This document shows positions 9,224 through 18,343 of a stretch of DNA of 64,000 nucleotides, in pieces. Under the pieces are notes generated by a model. It saw only the letters and a program-made list of their open reading frames with translations, was not told the origin of the DNA and did no database searches. Every line of letters starts with the position of its first letter. The first letter of the stretch is position 1. A program made the translations under genes and the position numbers. Source of the DNA: a bacterium (GTDB lineage Bacteria; Zhuqueibacterota; Zhuqueibacteria; Residuimicrobiales; Krinioviventaceae); the NCBI GenBank assembly GCA_963674595.2, contig CAXXFV010000007.1:1-64000 (forward strand). The letters are read 5' to 3'.

Positions 9224-10897
9224 ATGTCAGGTGAACAAAAATTAACATTAAAAGCCCTGTTTGAATCCAGTGTAGAAAAATTCAAAGATCAAATTGCTTT
9301 ATCCTTTGTGGATGAGACGCCTCTAACCTATGGAGAATTGGGGCACCTGTCCGACAAAATCATTAAAGCCTTACAGGAACGTGGAATCCAAAAGGGTGAC
9401 AAGGTCGCCATCCTGAGTGAAAACGGCCCTCGTTGGGGAGTTGCTTATTTCAGTGTAGCACGAATGAACGCTGTTAATGTTCCTATTTTACCCGATTTTC
9501 ATAAATCTGAAGTACACCACATTTTGAGAAATTCCGGTACCAGGGTTATTTTTGTTTCCGGCAAGCTTTTTCACAAAATTAGTGATACGAAATTACCCGA
9601 TTTAGAGTTAATTATTGTTGTTGATGATGAAAAGGTTTCTCATGATTCTATAAAAATCGAATGTTTTTCTGATTTGCTTGACGGTAAAAAATCGGATGCT
9701 AAACCTAAAAAAAGTATAGAATTGGAAGACGCCAAAGAAGATGATTTGGTGGAAATCCTATACACGTCGGGTACGACCGGTCATTCCAAAGGTGTTATGC
9801 TGACCAATAAAAATATCGTTTCTAATGCAATATCTGCCCTGAAAATGATTTCCATAACATCTACAGACCGTTTGTTGTCAATCCTTCCGATGGCGCATTC
9901 CTATGAATGTACGTGTGGATTTGTAACACCTATTATGGGCGGCTCGAAAATTTATTATATAAAGGGCCTTCCTACTGCGCAAACACTGCTTCCGGCCGTA
10001 GCTAAAATTAAACCGACAATTATTCTATCGGTTCCTCTTATAATGGCAAAAATATACAAGAAAAAAGTCGTTTCGGAAATTAATGCAAAAGCGGTAGGTA
10101 AAACACTTTATAAAGTTGCCCCCACAAGAAAATTAATAAATAAAATTGCCGGTAAAAAGTTATATGAAGCATTCGGCGGCGAATTACGCTTTATGGTTTT
10201 TGGCGGTGCGGCAACCCCATTGGAAGTTGAAGATTTTTTAACAGATGGCGGATTTCCCTATATAACAGGATACGGAATGACGGAATCTGCACCTTTGCTA
10301 ACCGTAAATCCTGTGGGTAATGTCAAGAAACAATCTGCGGGCGTTGTGGTTCCCAGTGTAGAGTTGAAAATCGGTGATCCCGACCCGGATACGAAAATTG
10401 GTGAAATTTTGGCCAAAGGTCCGAATGTTATGCAAGGGTATTATAAAAATGAAGAAGCTACCCAAAGCACCTTTACAGCGGATGGTTGGCTTATTACCGG
10501 TGACCGTGGTTATATCGATTCTGATGGTTATCTTTTTATTAAAGGACGTTCAAAAAATTTAATTCTTGGTCCAAGCGGTGAAAACATATTCCCTGAAGAA
10601 ATAGAATTTCATCTGTCGGAAAATCCATTTGTATTGGAATCATTAGTCTATGATAAAGATGGACGGATTAATGCCCGAATTCATTTGGATTATGATGCGC
10701 TTGACCGCGAGTATCAAACCAGTACCATGGATGCCTCCAAAGCATCGGGTATTGTCCAAAATCTCCTGGAAGATATTCGCAAAGAGGTCAATTCCAAACT
10801 TGCCGTTTACTCACGCATTCATCGAATTATTGAACAACCGGAAGAGTTTGAAAAAACACCTACTAAAAAGATTAAACGATATCTTTATACAAGCTAA
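9224..10897 (+). CDS. fadD: Long-chain fatty acyl-CoA synthetase (AMP-binding family), paralogue 2
   Basis: YTSGTTGHSKG, GYGMTE, GWLITGDRG, GENIFPEEIE, KTPTKKIKR; AAGGAG RBS (start TTG 9221 or ATG 9224). Confidence 0.9.
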   Translation: MSGEQKLTLKALFESSVEKFKDQIALSFVDETPLTYGELGHLSDKIIKALQERGIQKGDKVAILSENGPRWGVAYFSVARMNAVNVPILPDFHKSEVHHILRNSGTRVIFVSGKLFHKISDTKLPDLELIIVVDDEKVSHDSIKIECFSDLLDGKKSDAKPKKSIELEDAKEDDLVEILYTSGTTGHSKGVMLTNKNIVSNAISALKMISITSTDRLLSILPMAHSYECTCGFVTPIMGGSKIYYIKGLPTAQTLLPAVAKIKPTIILSVPLIMAKIYKKKVVSEINAKAVGKTLYKVAPTRKLINKIAGKKLYEAFGGELRFMVFGGAATPLEVEDFLTDGGFPYITGYGMTESAPLLTVNPVGNVKKQSAGVVVPSVELKIGDPDPDTKIGEILAKGPNVMQGYYKNEEATQSTFTADGWLITGDRGYIDSDGYLFIKGRSKNLILGPSGENIFPEEIEFHLSENPFVLESLVYDKDGRINARIHLDYDALDREYQTSTMDASKASGIVQNLLEDIRKEVNSKLAVYSRIHRIIEQPEEFEKTPTKKIKRYLYTS

Positions 10898-10911
10898 CAA
10901 ATATTATCATG

Positions 10912-10938
10912 GCCGCCTTGAAAAAGGCGGTTTTTTTT
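10912..10938 (+). terminator. Rho-independent terminator
   Basis: GCCGCCTT-gaaa-AAGGCGGT plus T-tract. Confidence 0.85.
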
Positions 10939-11089
10939 ACAAGTAAAAATATAAACAATAAAAACCGACCGTATTGTTTACAAAATTTTAATAACTATTT
11001 TCGCTGGAATTGGTGATACAAATAGAGTTAATATGACAAAGTAGTTTTATTCGGAAAAATTTGTCAGTTGGGGAAATTTGAAATGGCAT

Positions 11090-11124
11090 AAAAAAAAGCA
11101 TACCCGAATTGGGTATGCTTTTTT
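11090..11124. terminator. Bidirectional terminator
   Basis: A8-GCATACCC-gaatt-GGGTATGC-T6. Confidence 0.85.
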
Positions 11125-11125
11125 A

Positions 11126-11596
11126 TTATCTATTCATAACCATCGTTTTTATACCATCCTGAAAAGCAACACTCATTTTTCTGGGATCAAGAACTTCTAC
11201 AACAACACCAATTCCAAAAATTTTATGGCTGATAACACTTTTTTCTTCAAAGGAACCACCCATATCGTATTCTTTGGGATTGTCGGAATCCAGTTTTGAT
11301 AACAAACGCGACCATTTTTTCTCTTCTTTTGTTTTGGTCACTTTTGCACTACTCGTTGAGCTTTTTTTGGTTTTTGTAGTTTTAGATGTTGCTTTTTTGA
11401 CCGCTGCTTTTTTAATTTCTTCTTGTTCAGCCTCCAGTGGTGAAATATAACGATGTGAACTGAAACAACTTTTACACATCACTTTTTTAATTTCATCATT
11501 TTTAACAACTTCAATAACATGTGCCGTCGGGGCTTTACACTTTTTACACATAGCTTCTACTTCACTGCCTGCTTCCAGTGTTTTAACTTTGGTCAT
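11126..11596 (-). CDS. Hypothetical protein: zinc ribbon, Lys/Thr/Ser-rich linker and Tudor-like (HxxFGxGxV) C-terminal domain
   Basis: CKKC...H...CKSC..H at the N-terminus; VISHKIFGIGVVVEV...KMSVAFQDGIKTMV at the C-terminus; AAGGA RBS. Confidence 0.75.
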   Translation of the reverse strand: MTKVKTLEAGSEVEAMCKKCKAPTAHVIEVVKNDEIKKVMCKSCFSSHRYISPLEAEQEEIKKAAVKKATSKTTKTKKSSTSSAKVTKTKEEKKWSRLLSKLDSDNPKEYDMGGSFEEKSVISHKIFGIGVVVEVLDPRKMSVAFQDGIKTMVMNR

Positions 11597-11871
11597 AACA
11601 TCTTCCTTTTTTATTTATAAAATAAATGTTATTTGATCTTAAATTGGTGGTGATTGTCAATTTTTTTGAGGTAGTTAATATTTCGTGGAAATTCATACAC
11701 TCGAAATTTATATAATATTAAATAAAATTAGATCTTTCCGAACTACGATATGTAATGTACGAGTTTTTAATGAATTATTCAAGAAGTTTATCAAATAAGT
11801 TGCTTGTAATTTTTACTTGCCTTTATAATTTTGTCTTCTTAACATACAGTATTAAAAAAATAATATAAAAA

Positions 11872-12336
11872 ATGAGGATACTGATGCCGTTATTACTTGA
11901 AGCTATTGTTATTGGCGTCGTTATTAGTTTATTAGGTGCGGAATTATTCGGATTATCTGTTGCCGGAATTATTGTGCCGGGATATTTGGCTTTTTATTTA
12001 AATGATCCTTTTCAGTTGTTTATTCTATTTTGTGCCACATTTCTGACATTCTGGTTCGAAAAAATCGTTTCCCGGTTTACAATTCTTTATGGAAAACGTC
12101 TTCTTGCTCTGGATGTTTTATCAAGTATCGGTTTTGTTTATTTAATTCAGTCTCTAATAATATGGAGCGGTTTACCTGTTCCTGTTGTGTTTGACACTGT
12201 TGGTTATTTTATTCCGGCGCTTGTTGTTATTTATATCGGATCGAACGGGATCTTTAATACATTGATCTCTTTAGCATTATTTACTTTTATTGTACGCCTT
12301 TTACTAATTGTTTTTTATTTTTTGGGGATTGTTTAA
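11872..12336 (+). CDS. pgsC: Poly-gamma-glutamate biosynthesis protein PgsC/CapC family
   Basis: AIVIGVVISLL.AELFGLSVAGIIVPGYLAFY, ILYGKR and VGYFIPAL match the CapC/PgsC pattern; about 150 aa and hydrophobic (start may be 11884). Confidence 0.8.
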   Translation: MRILMPLLLEAIVIGVVISLLGAELFGLSVAGIIVPGYLAFYLNDPFQLFILFCATFLTFWFEKIVSRFTILYGKRLLALDVLSSIGFVYLIQSLIIWSGLPVPVVFDTVGYFIPALVVIYIGSNGIFNTLISLALFTFIVRLLLIVFYFLGIV

Positions 12337-12428
12337 ACAATCAAACTATTTTTTGTGATTTTTAATTTTAAATACTAGTCTAAATAGTTTGGTTTAGTAA
12401 TTTAATTATTTCTATTTCAGGAGCCTTG

Positions 12429-15317
12429 ATGCAGAAAAATGTAACCTGGCAGGCCAAATGGATTTGGTGTAATGGACCTGCCCAACCCAGAAATTTTCGT
12501 TTAAATTTTCGAAAATGCTTTCCTATCCAAAAAAACATAAAATCAGCTCTTTTACACATCGCTGCCGACAGCCGTTATCGTTTGTATTTAAATAATGAAT
12601 GGATTGGTGACGGTCCGGCCCGAAGTTTCCCTCATTTACAGCAGTTTGACACCTATGATGTAACAAGCAACCTGGTTAATGAGAATATCCTTGCAGCATC
12701 GGTTAATCACTATGGTGAGGGAACGTTTCAGTATAATCTTGGAAGAGCCGGGTTTCTTTGTCAGATCGAACTTTTATACGCCGATGATTCTATTGAAATA
12801 ATAGCCTCTGATTCATCCTGGAATGTTTGCCCGTTTATTGCTTATCAAAGGCGTGTGCCCCGAATCAGTTGTCAAATGCCGTTTGAAGAACAATATGACG
12901 CAAATTTATTTCCGGATACCTGGTGTCAATACAATTTTGACGAACATGGGTGGGAACCTGCCATTGAAATTGGACCTGTTGGTATGGATCCATGGAAGAG
13001 TATGGAGCCTCGAACCATCCCGTTTTTAACCCGTGAACATAAATATGCAAGGTCTGTTATTGATGTTGCTTGTGTTAAACCGGTCAAGATGGTTGAAACT
13101 TTTCATGTTAAAAGGTTTCTCATGCCTGATGATAAAATGATAAACCGGCATGACTATCGCGGTGTGGTTTATACTACAATTTTAAGCCCGGTAAAACAAA
13201 AAGCAACGCTCCCCAGACAATATTCTATGTATTTGGGACCCTGGTATTTGAACGGAAAACAAATTAAACATCCGGGAAGGGGTTACACCGATATTGAGCT
13301 GGAGGCAGGCGAAAATCTGTTTGTAGCTGATTTGGTTGGTGATAATCATTATGTGGAATTTATACTCGCTGTTGATGCCGAACATCCGGTAAGAATAAAA
13401 GCGCCCCTGGGTGGACCGGGAAAGTGGCTTGTTGCCGGACCTCTGGATGATGATTTTGACGAGGCCAAAAAACAAGTGCAGGAAATTTTAACGCTTGATG
13501 GATTGAAAAAGTCGAAACACAGTTTAAATTTTTCCAATATAGCTGATGAATGTGCCGCCGATGTTTGGAACGTTATCTATTCGCAAAAAAGAGTGGACGG
13601 TAAACCTGATATTTTGAATCTTGAAAATATGATGTTTGATAATAAAAGTTTCACCGAAATTCAGCCTTGTGAAAATGATATAGCCATTCTGTTTGATTTT
13701 GCACGAGAAGTTGTCGGCTATACGGAATTTGAACTTGAGGCTCCGGCAGATGTTGTGTTGGATGCCCAGTTTTTTGAGGCGATTAATGATGGTATAAGAC
13801 AGGAAACCTATAGCAACCGTTCATCTTTTCGATACATAACCAAAAACGGAAGACAACGCTTTCTTACGGAATGGCGGCGGGGATTCCGCTATATGGAAAT
13901 AACCCTTCGTCATATTATCGGTCCTGTTAAAATTCGTTATATAAGAACAATACAATCCACTTATCCGGCTGTAGAACGTGGTCAGTTCAAGTGTTCCGAC
14001 TCAAGGCTGGACCAGGTTTGGGAGGTAGGCAGACATACGATGCTTTGTTGCATGGAAGATGTGTTGACAGACTGTCCTGGTTATGAACAAACCTACTGGG
14101 TTGGTGACGGCCGCAGTGAAGCATTAATCTGTAACGCCGCTTATGGAGAGTGGGCCCTTGTCGATCGGTGCGTTCGAATTGTACCGCAATCTCTGTTTCG
14201 CAGTCCCTTGCCTGAATCTCAGGTCCCCAGTGCCTGGCAGAATATTTTAACGGCCTGGAGTTTGTTGTGGATTCAAATGGCTCACGAATATTGGTTGTAT
14301 ACAAATGACAGGGATTGTTTAAAAGAAGTTTATCCGGGTATTGCACAAACCCTTGATACCTGTAAAAAATATTGTGATAATGAATATGGTTTGCTGAGCC
14401 TTCATCAATGGAACATGTTTGATTGGGCCGGAACAGATACGGAACATGATCTGGTGACACATAATAATATATTTTTTGTTCAAGCCTTAAACCGAGCTGC
14501 AATATTAGCAGATGAACTGGGATTGGATTCGGACTGTGAAAAGTGGAACAGTTTTAAATCGGACATTATCAATAATATTAATCTGCACCTTTGGTCCGAT
14601 GAAAAAAAGGGCTATATTGACAGTATTCATAATGACGGAACACCCAGTGAGGTTGTCAGTCAGCAGACAAATACACTGGCGTTATTATACGACATTGCGC
14701 CGCCTGAACGTGTTACAATTATTAAAGAATATCCGGTCAATCCGTCAAAGGATATGATTACCTTTGGCAGTCCGTTTGCCATGTCCTATCTTTTGGAACA
14801 ATTAGGCAAATCAGGAGAACATCAACACATTTTAAATATAATAAGAGATCGCTGGGGATTTATGCTTGATGCGGGTGCAACAACTTTTTGGGAAACGTTT
14901 CCCGGCTTTTTAAAACACATCCCGACCCGGAGTCATTGTCATGCCTGGTCTGCGGCGCCAACTTATTTTCTGTCACGGTATCAGCTTGGTGTTGCACCGT
15001 TAAAACCGGGCTTTAATAAGGCACTCATTGCCCCTGAGCCGGCAGACCTGACATGGGCCAAAGGAGCCGTGCCGACTAAAAATGGACAAATATTTGTTGA
15101 GTGGCATAAAAGTGAAACTGAATTTACATTAAAAATTCAATTACCGGAACAGGTTGAAGCTGAAATCATTCTCCCCGTGGACCCTGCCCACATGAAAACA
15201 GTACTTTTTGATGATCAAAAAGAAAAACCGGATTCTGTTTTGCAAATAGTCGCTCAAAACAACAGATGGATTGTTGAATGCAAACCCGAAAGTTCTTTTA
15301 AAATAACCTGTAAATAA
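12429..15317 (+). CDS. GH78 alpha-L-rhamnosidase family glycoside hydrolase
   Basis: WQAKWIW, ADSRYRLYLN, DCPGYEQTYWVGD, GATTFWETF, SHCHAWS, GAVPTKNGQIFVEW; no signal peptide. Confidence 0.85.
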   Translation: MQKNVTWQAKWIWCNGPAQPRNFRLNFRKCFPIQKNIKSALLHIAADSRYRLYLNNEWIGDGPARSFPHLQQFDTYDVTSNLVNENILAASVNHYGEGTFQYNLGRAGFLCQIELLYADDSIEIIASDSSWNVCPFIAYQRRVPRISCQMPFEEQYDANLFPDTWCQYNFDEHGWEPAIEIGPVGMDPWKSMEPRTIPFLTREHKYARSVIDVACVKPVKMVETFHVKRFLMPDDKMINRHDYRGVVYTTILSPVKQKATLPRQYSMYLGPWYLNGKQIKHPGRGYTDIELEAGENLFVADLVGDNHYVEFILAVDAEHPVRIKAPLGGPGKWLVAGPLDDDFDEAKKQVQEILTLDGLKKSKHSLNFSNIADECAADVWNVIYSQKRVDGKPDILNLENMMFDNKSFTEIQPCENDIAILFDFAREVVGYTEFELEAPADVVLDAQFFEAINDGIRQETYSNRSSFRYITKNGRQRFLTEWRRGFRYMEITLRHIIGPVKIRYIRTIQSTYPAVERGQFKCSDSRLDQVWEVGRHTMLCCMEDVLTDCPGYEQTYWVGDGRSEALICNAAYGEWALVDRCVRIVPQSLFRSPLPESQVPSAWQNILTAWSLLWIQMAHEYWLYTNDRDCLKEVYPGIAQTLDTCKKYCDNEYGLLSLHQWNMFDWAGTDTEHDLVTHNNIFFVQALNRAAILADELGLDSDCEKWNSFKSDIINNINLHLWSDEKKGYIDSIHNDGTPSEVVSQQTNTLALLYDIAPPERVTIIKEYPVNPSKDMITFGSPFAMSYLLEQLGKSGEHQHILNIIRDRWGFMLDAGATTFWETFPGFLKHIPTRSHCHAWSAAPTYFLSRYQLGVAPLKPGFNKALIAPEPADLTWAKGAVPTKNGQIFVEWHKSETEFTLKIQLPEQVEAEIILPVDPAHMKTVLFDDQKEKPDSVLQIVAQNNRWIVECKPESSFKITCK

Positions 15318-15318
15318 T

Positions 15319-15356
15319 AAAAAAAAAAAGGCAACATATTCAAGTTGCCTTTTTTA
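15319..15356. terminator. Bidirectional terminator between convergent genes
   Basis: A-tract-GGCAAC-atattcaa-GTTGCC-T-tract. Confidence 0.85.
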
Positions 15357-15362
15357 ATTATA

Positions 15363-16850
15363 TTAATGTACGAGAGACATTTTTTTATGGATCACCTGAC
15401 CCTGAGTTTGTAGTGTGTAAAAATAAATACCACTCGCCATGTTTTCTGCATTCCATTGGTAACTATAAAGGCCCGGTTGTTGATATTCATTTACCAGGGT
15501 TTGAATTTCTTTTCCCAGAATATCCATTATTTTCAGTTGTACATAATCTTCTTTGGCCAAAGAGTATCTTATTGTCGTTGTCGGATTAAATGGATTGGGG
15601 TAATTTTGGAATAAATTTAATTCAAACGGCACAGCACCTGATTCGAAATCGGATTCTGATTTTGTTAAAAGTTCCTTCTTGGGTGAAACCGCTCCTGCTG
15701 CTAGAATTGTAAACGGTGCGTCGCTTATGTCAAAGGGTTGACCGTCGGCGGCATCCTGTGCACGAAGAAGGCAGGTTGTTGATGGTGTGTCCGGAATATT
15801 CCACCAGTTTCTGCCGGATGCGTCCTGATGGTTTTTAATGGGCTGCCATGTTGCTCCATTATCAAGACTGAGAAAAATAGTGACCAGGCCGTTAAAACAG
15901 TAATCAACCCACTCAATCACATAAATATCACCGGCCCTCATTACTTCACCGCCATTTGGTTTTCGCAAATCGATATAGACTTCTGCCGGATTGATGATTG
16001 AGAAATAGCCGTAATTGACATCAAACGGCCCTCCTGATGCGTCTGATACCCGCAACACCATTTTTTTCCTTTTTAAATATGACGGAACCGTCCAGGTATA
16101 GGAACCATCATTCGGTGTGTTTGTAACAATATTGGTTGTAAATGTTTCTCCTCTGTCAAATGAAAGGTCAATATTGACCTGACCGGAAATGTTTTGGGAT
16201 GTCCATTTTACTTCCACATTTGAACCCGGATTTAGAATATCCGCGAATGCGGGCGATACCAGATGTATCTGTTGTGTCGGACTGGCATTATAATGTGCGG
16301 CGAGTTTATTGGTAATAATCAGCCTGTCAAGTCGTGTGTGTCTTTCACGATTACCGATATGTAAATAATGGGTTCCAGGCGTCAGGTGAAAAACTACGGG
16401 ATCAACTAAAATTGCCGGGTCCCAGAAATTTTCATCTGTGCCACGGTCCGAAATTCTATCATATTCCCATCGATTTTGTTTATTGATATCCCAGATAAAT
16501 TGGTCATCATTGTCCATTTTTACATAAAATGAATTGGAATATTGGTCCCAACCTAAAACGCGTCCCCAAATAACATAAGAACCTTCTTCTGTTATTTCAA
16601 ATTCGTATGTTGTCCAACCTCTGCGATTAACATGATACCCTTCAAGGTAACGATTATTAAAGGCTCTGCCATCGGTCTGTACGTGCATTTGGCCTTGAAT
16701 GAGCCCGTCTTCTGCTTCAATTATAATCTCTGTTGAGTTAATGATGTTTTGATTAGGAGTGCTATCTATCACCAGTTGCTTTTCGTTTGCAAGTAATTGA
16801 CCTAAACTCAGCATGAAGCATATAAAACATAAACTCCATTTAATTTTCAT
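15363..16850 (-). CDS. Secreted protein: CBM-like beta-sandwich, two Ig-like repeats and C-terminal sorting domain
   Basis: Signal peptide; IEAED...YVIWGRV...SNSFYVKMD...LDRLIIT jelly-roll-like domain; two repeats of the PNGGE / GSYTW type; C-terminal QNYPNPFNPTTTIRYSL...SGIYFY. Confidence 0.75.
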   Translation of the reverse strand: MKIKWSLCFICFMLSLGQLLANEKQLVIDSTPNQNIINSTEIIIEAEDGLIQGQMHVQTDGRAFNNRYLEGYHVNRRGWTTYEFEITEEGSYVIWGRVLGWDQYSNSFYVKMDNDDQFIWDINKQNRWEYDRISDRGTDENFWDPAILVDPVVFHLTPGTHYLHIGNRERHTRLDRLIITNKLAAHYNASPTQQIHLVSPAFADILNPGSNVEVKWTSQNISGQVNIDLSFDRGETFTTNIVTNTPNDGSYTWTVPSYLKRKKMVLRVSDASGGPFDVNYGYFSIINPAEVYIDLRKPNGGEVMRAGDIYVIEWVDYCFNGLVTIFLSLDNGATWQPIKNHQDASGRNWWNIPDTPSTTCLLRAQDAADGQPFDISDAPFTILAAGAVSPKKELLTKSESDFESGAVPFELNLFQNYPNPFNPTTTIRYSLAKEDYVQLKIMDILGKEIQTLVNEYQQPGLYSYQWNAENMASGIYFYTLQTQGQVIHKKMSLVH

Positions 16851-17065
16851 TCCATGCTCCTTTGCTTATAGTTTATTTTACAAGGTCGTTAAAATTGTGA
16901 AAACAGTTTATCCTCCTTTCTATTTATCTTGAATACGTTATTACTAGTGTACAATAAATAACTGTTTTTGCGTAACTTTTTTATTTATAATCCTCGTGTT
17001 TCAGCGATGTATTTTAATATACTGTTTAACACCAGAATGTTAAAATAGTAACTGGTAAAAAAATC

Positions 17066-17115
17066 TTGATTTAAAATGATAAAATATGTAACATGAAAAA
17101 ATCGTTAACGTTAAC
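17066..17115 (+). promoter_or_regulatory. Sigma70-like promoter of the LacI gene with downstream LacI-type operator GTTAACGTTAAC
   Basis: TTGATT-17 nt-TAACAT (17066-17094); perfect 12-bp palindrome with central CG at 17104-17115. Confidence 0.7.
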
Positions 17116-17146
17116 AATAATGTTTGATAAAGCCTTAGAGGGTATT

Positions 17147-18148
17147 TTGGGAATTACGATTAAAGACATCGCACGCGAGGCAGGGGTTTCTATCCAAACT
17201 GTTTCACGGGCATTAAATGATAAACAGGAAATTCATATTGATACGAAAAATAAAATCCTGAAAATTGCCCGTGAGTTAAATTATAGCCCAAACATCGTTG
17301 CCAGCAGTCTTAGGCTAAAGCGGACAAAAACCCTTGGTATCATTATTCCCGATAACCGGGACCCTTTTTATGCTGAAATTTTGCAAGGGGCCACAAAAGC
17401 CGCTCAAAGTGCCGGGTATCAAATTTTATTAACGGTTTTAACCGAGAGTGGTGCAAATATTGATGAAGAATTACAAGCTTTAAATACATTAATCTCAAAA
17501 CGGGTTGATGGATTGCTGATTCAGCCGGAACAGGAAAACCTGAGATATTTAGAACAGTTGCGAAAATGCCCCGTACCCTATGTTTTATACAATCGTTCAC
17601 CAAAAGGACTTGATTGTAATTATGTAACCCACAATCATGAGTCGGGATCTTTTTTAGCGGCTGATTATTTATTTAAAAAGGGGGTTAAACAGCTTTATTA
17701 TATTACGCGTCCACCGGAAACCACCACCGTAAAAGCAAGAATAGAGGGATGCTATCGGGCAGCACAAGAAAATGGATTGACAAAACAAATAATTACGATT
17801 ATTGAATGTGAAGACACGCTGGAAGAGTCCTATCAAACAGCGCGTAATCTGTTAAAAAATCATGTACCGGAAGCGATTTATACCTGGGATGATATCATTG
17901 CCATTGGAGTTGTTAAAGCCGCACGTGATCTTGGGCTGCAGATACCCAAAGATTTTATGTTAATCGGTTATAATGATTTGGCCATAGCAAAATTTATTTA
18001 TCCGGGGATAACGACGGTCAAGCAGCATTTGGCATTAATCGGAGAAAAGGCAGTGGAAATTTTAATTACCAAGATTCAAAACGAAAATGATCGTAAACCG
18101 GAACAAATAATACTTGTCCCTGAGCTGGTTGTACGGGAATCAGCCTGA
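17147..18148 (+). CDS. LacI-family transcriptional regulator (probable TTG start at 17147)
   Basis: TIKDIAREAGVSIQTVSRALN HTH, YSPN, IGYNDL, LTTV-like ITTVKQ, PELVVRES; the ORF-track ATG 17093 falls inside the -10 box, and an AGAGGG RBS precedes 17147. Confidence 0.95.
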   Translation: MGITIKDIAREAGVSIQTVSRALNDKQEIHIDTKNKILKIARELNYSPNIVASSLRLKRTKTLGIIIPDNRDPFYAEILQGATKAAQSAGYQILLTVLTESGANIDEELQALNTLISKRVDGLLIQPEQENLRYLEQLRKCPVPYVLYNRSPKGLDCNYVTHNHESGSFLAADYLFKKGVKQLYYITRPPETTTVKARIEGCYRAAQENGLTKQIITIIECEDTLEESYQTARNLLKNHVPEAIYTWDDIIAIGVVKAARDLGLQIPKDFMLIGYNDLAIAKFIYPGITTVKQHLALIGEKAVEILITKIQNENDRKPEQIILVPELVVRESA

Positions 18149-18226
18149 AAGATCAGGTTTTAGGGGAATTGTCTGTTAATACGTTCTCTCCTCACGCTAA
18201 TTTTAAGAAATAAATTTAAAAAATAC

Positions 18227-18284
18227 TTGATTAGGAAAATTTTTTTCAGTAAAATGTGAACGTTAACGAGAACGTTCACATTTT
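18227..18284 (+). promoter_or_regulatory. Promoter with double LacI-type operator for the downstream catabolic operon
   Basis: TTGATT-17 nt-TAAAAT (18227-18255), overlapped by a perfect 14-bp inverted repeat AAAATGTGAACGTT-aacgag-AACGTTCACATTTT made of tandem GTGAACGTTAAC and GAGAACGTTCAC sites. Confidence 0.8.
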
Positions 18285-18343
18285 GATTTTGTTTTATCCA
18301 AAAATAAATTTTGTGCTACTTTTTATATTAACAGGAGATCGCC

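Noticed and set aside
17093-17146. ORF-track N-terminal extension of LacI
   Set aside because: It overlaps the predicted -10 box and operator; the HTH begins right after TTG 17147, which has an RBS.
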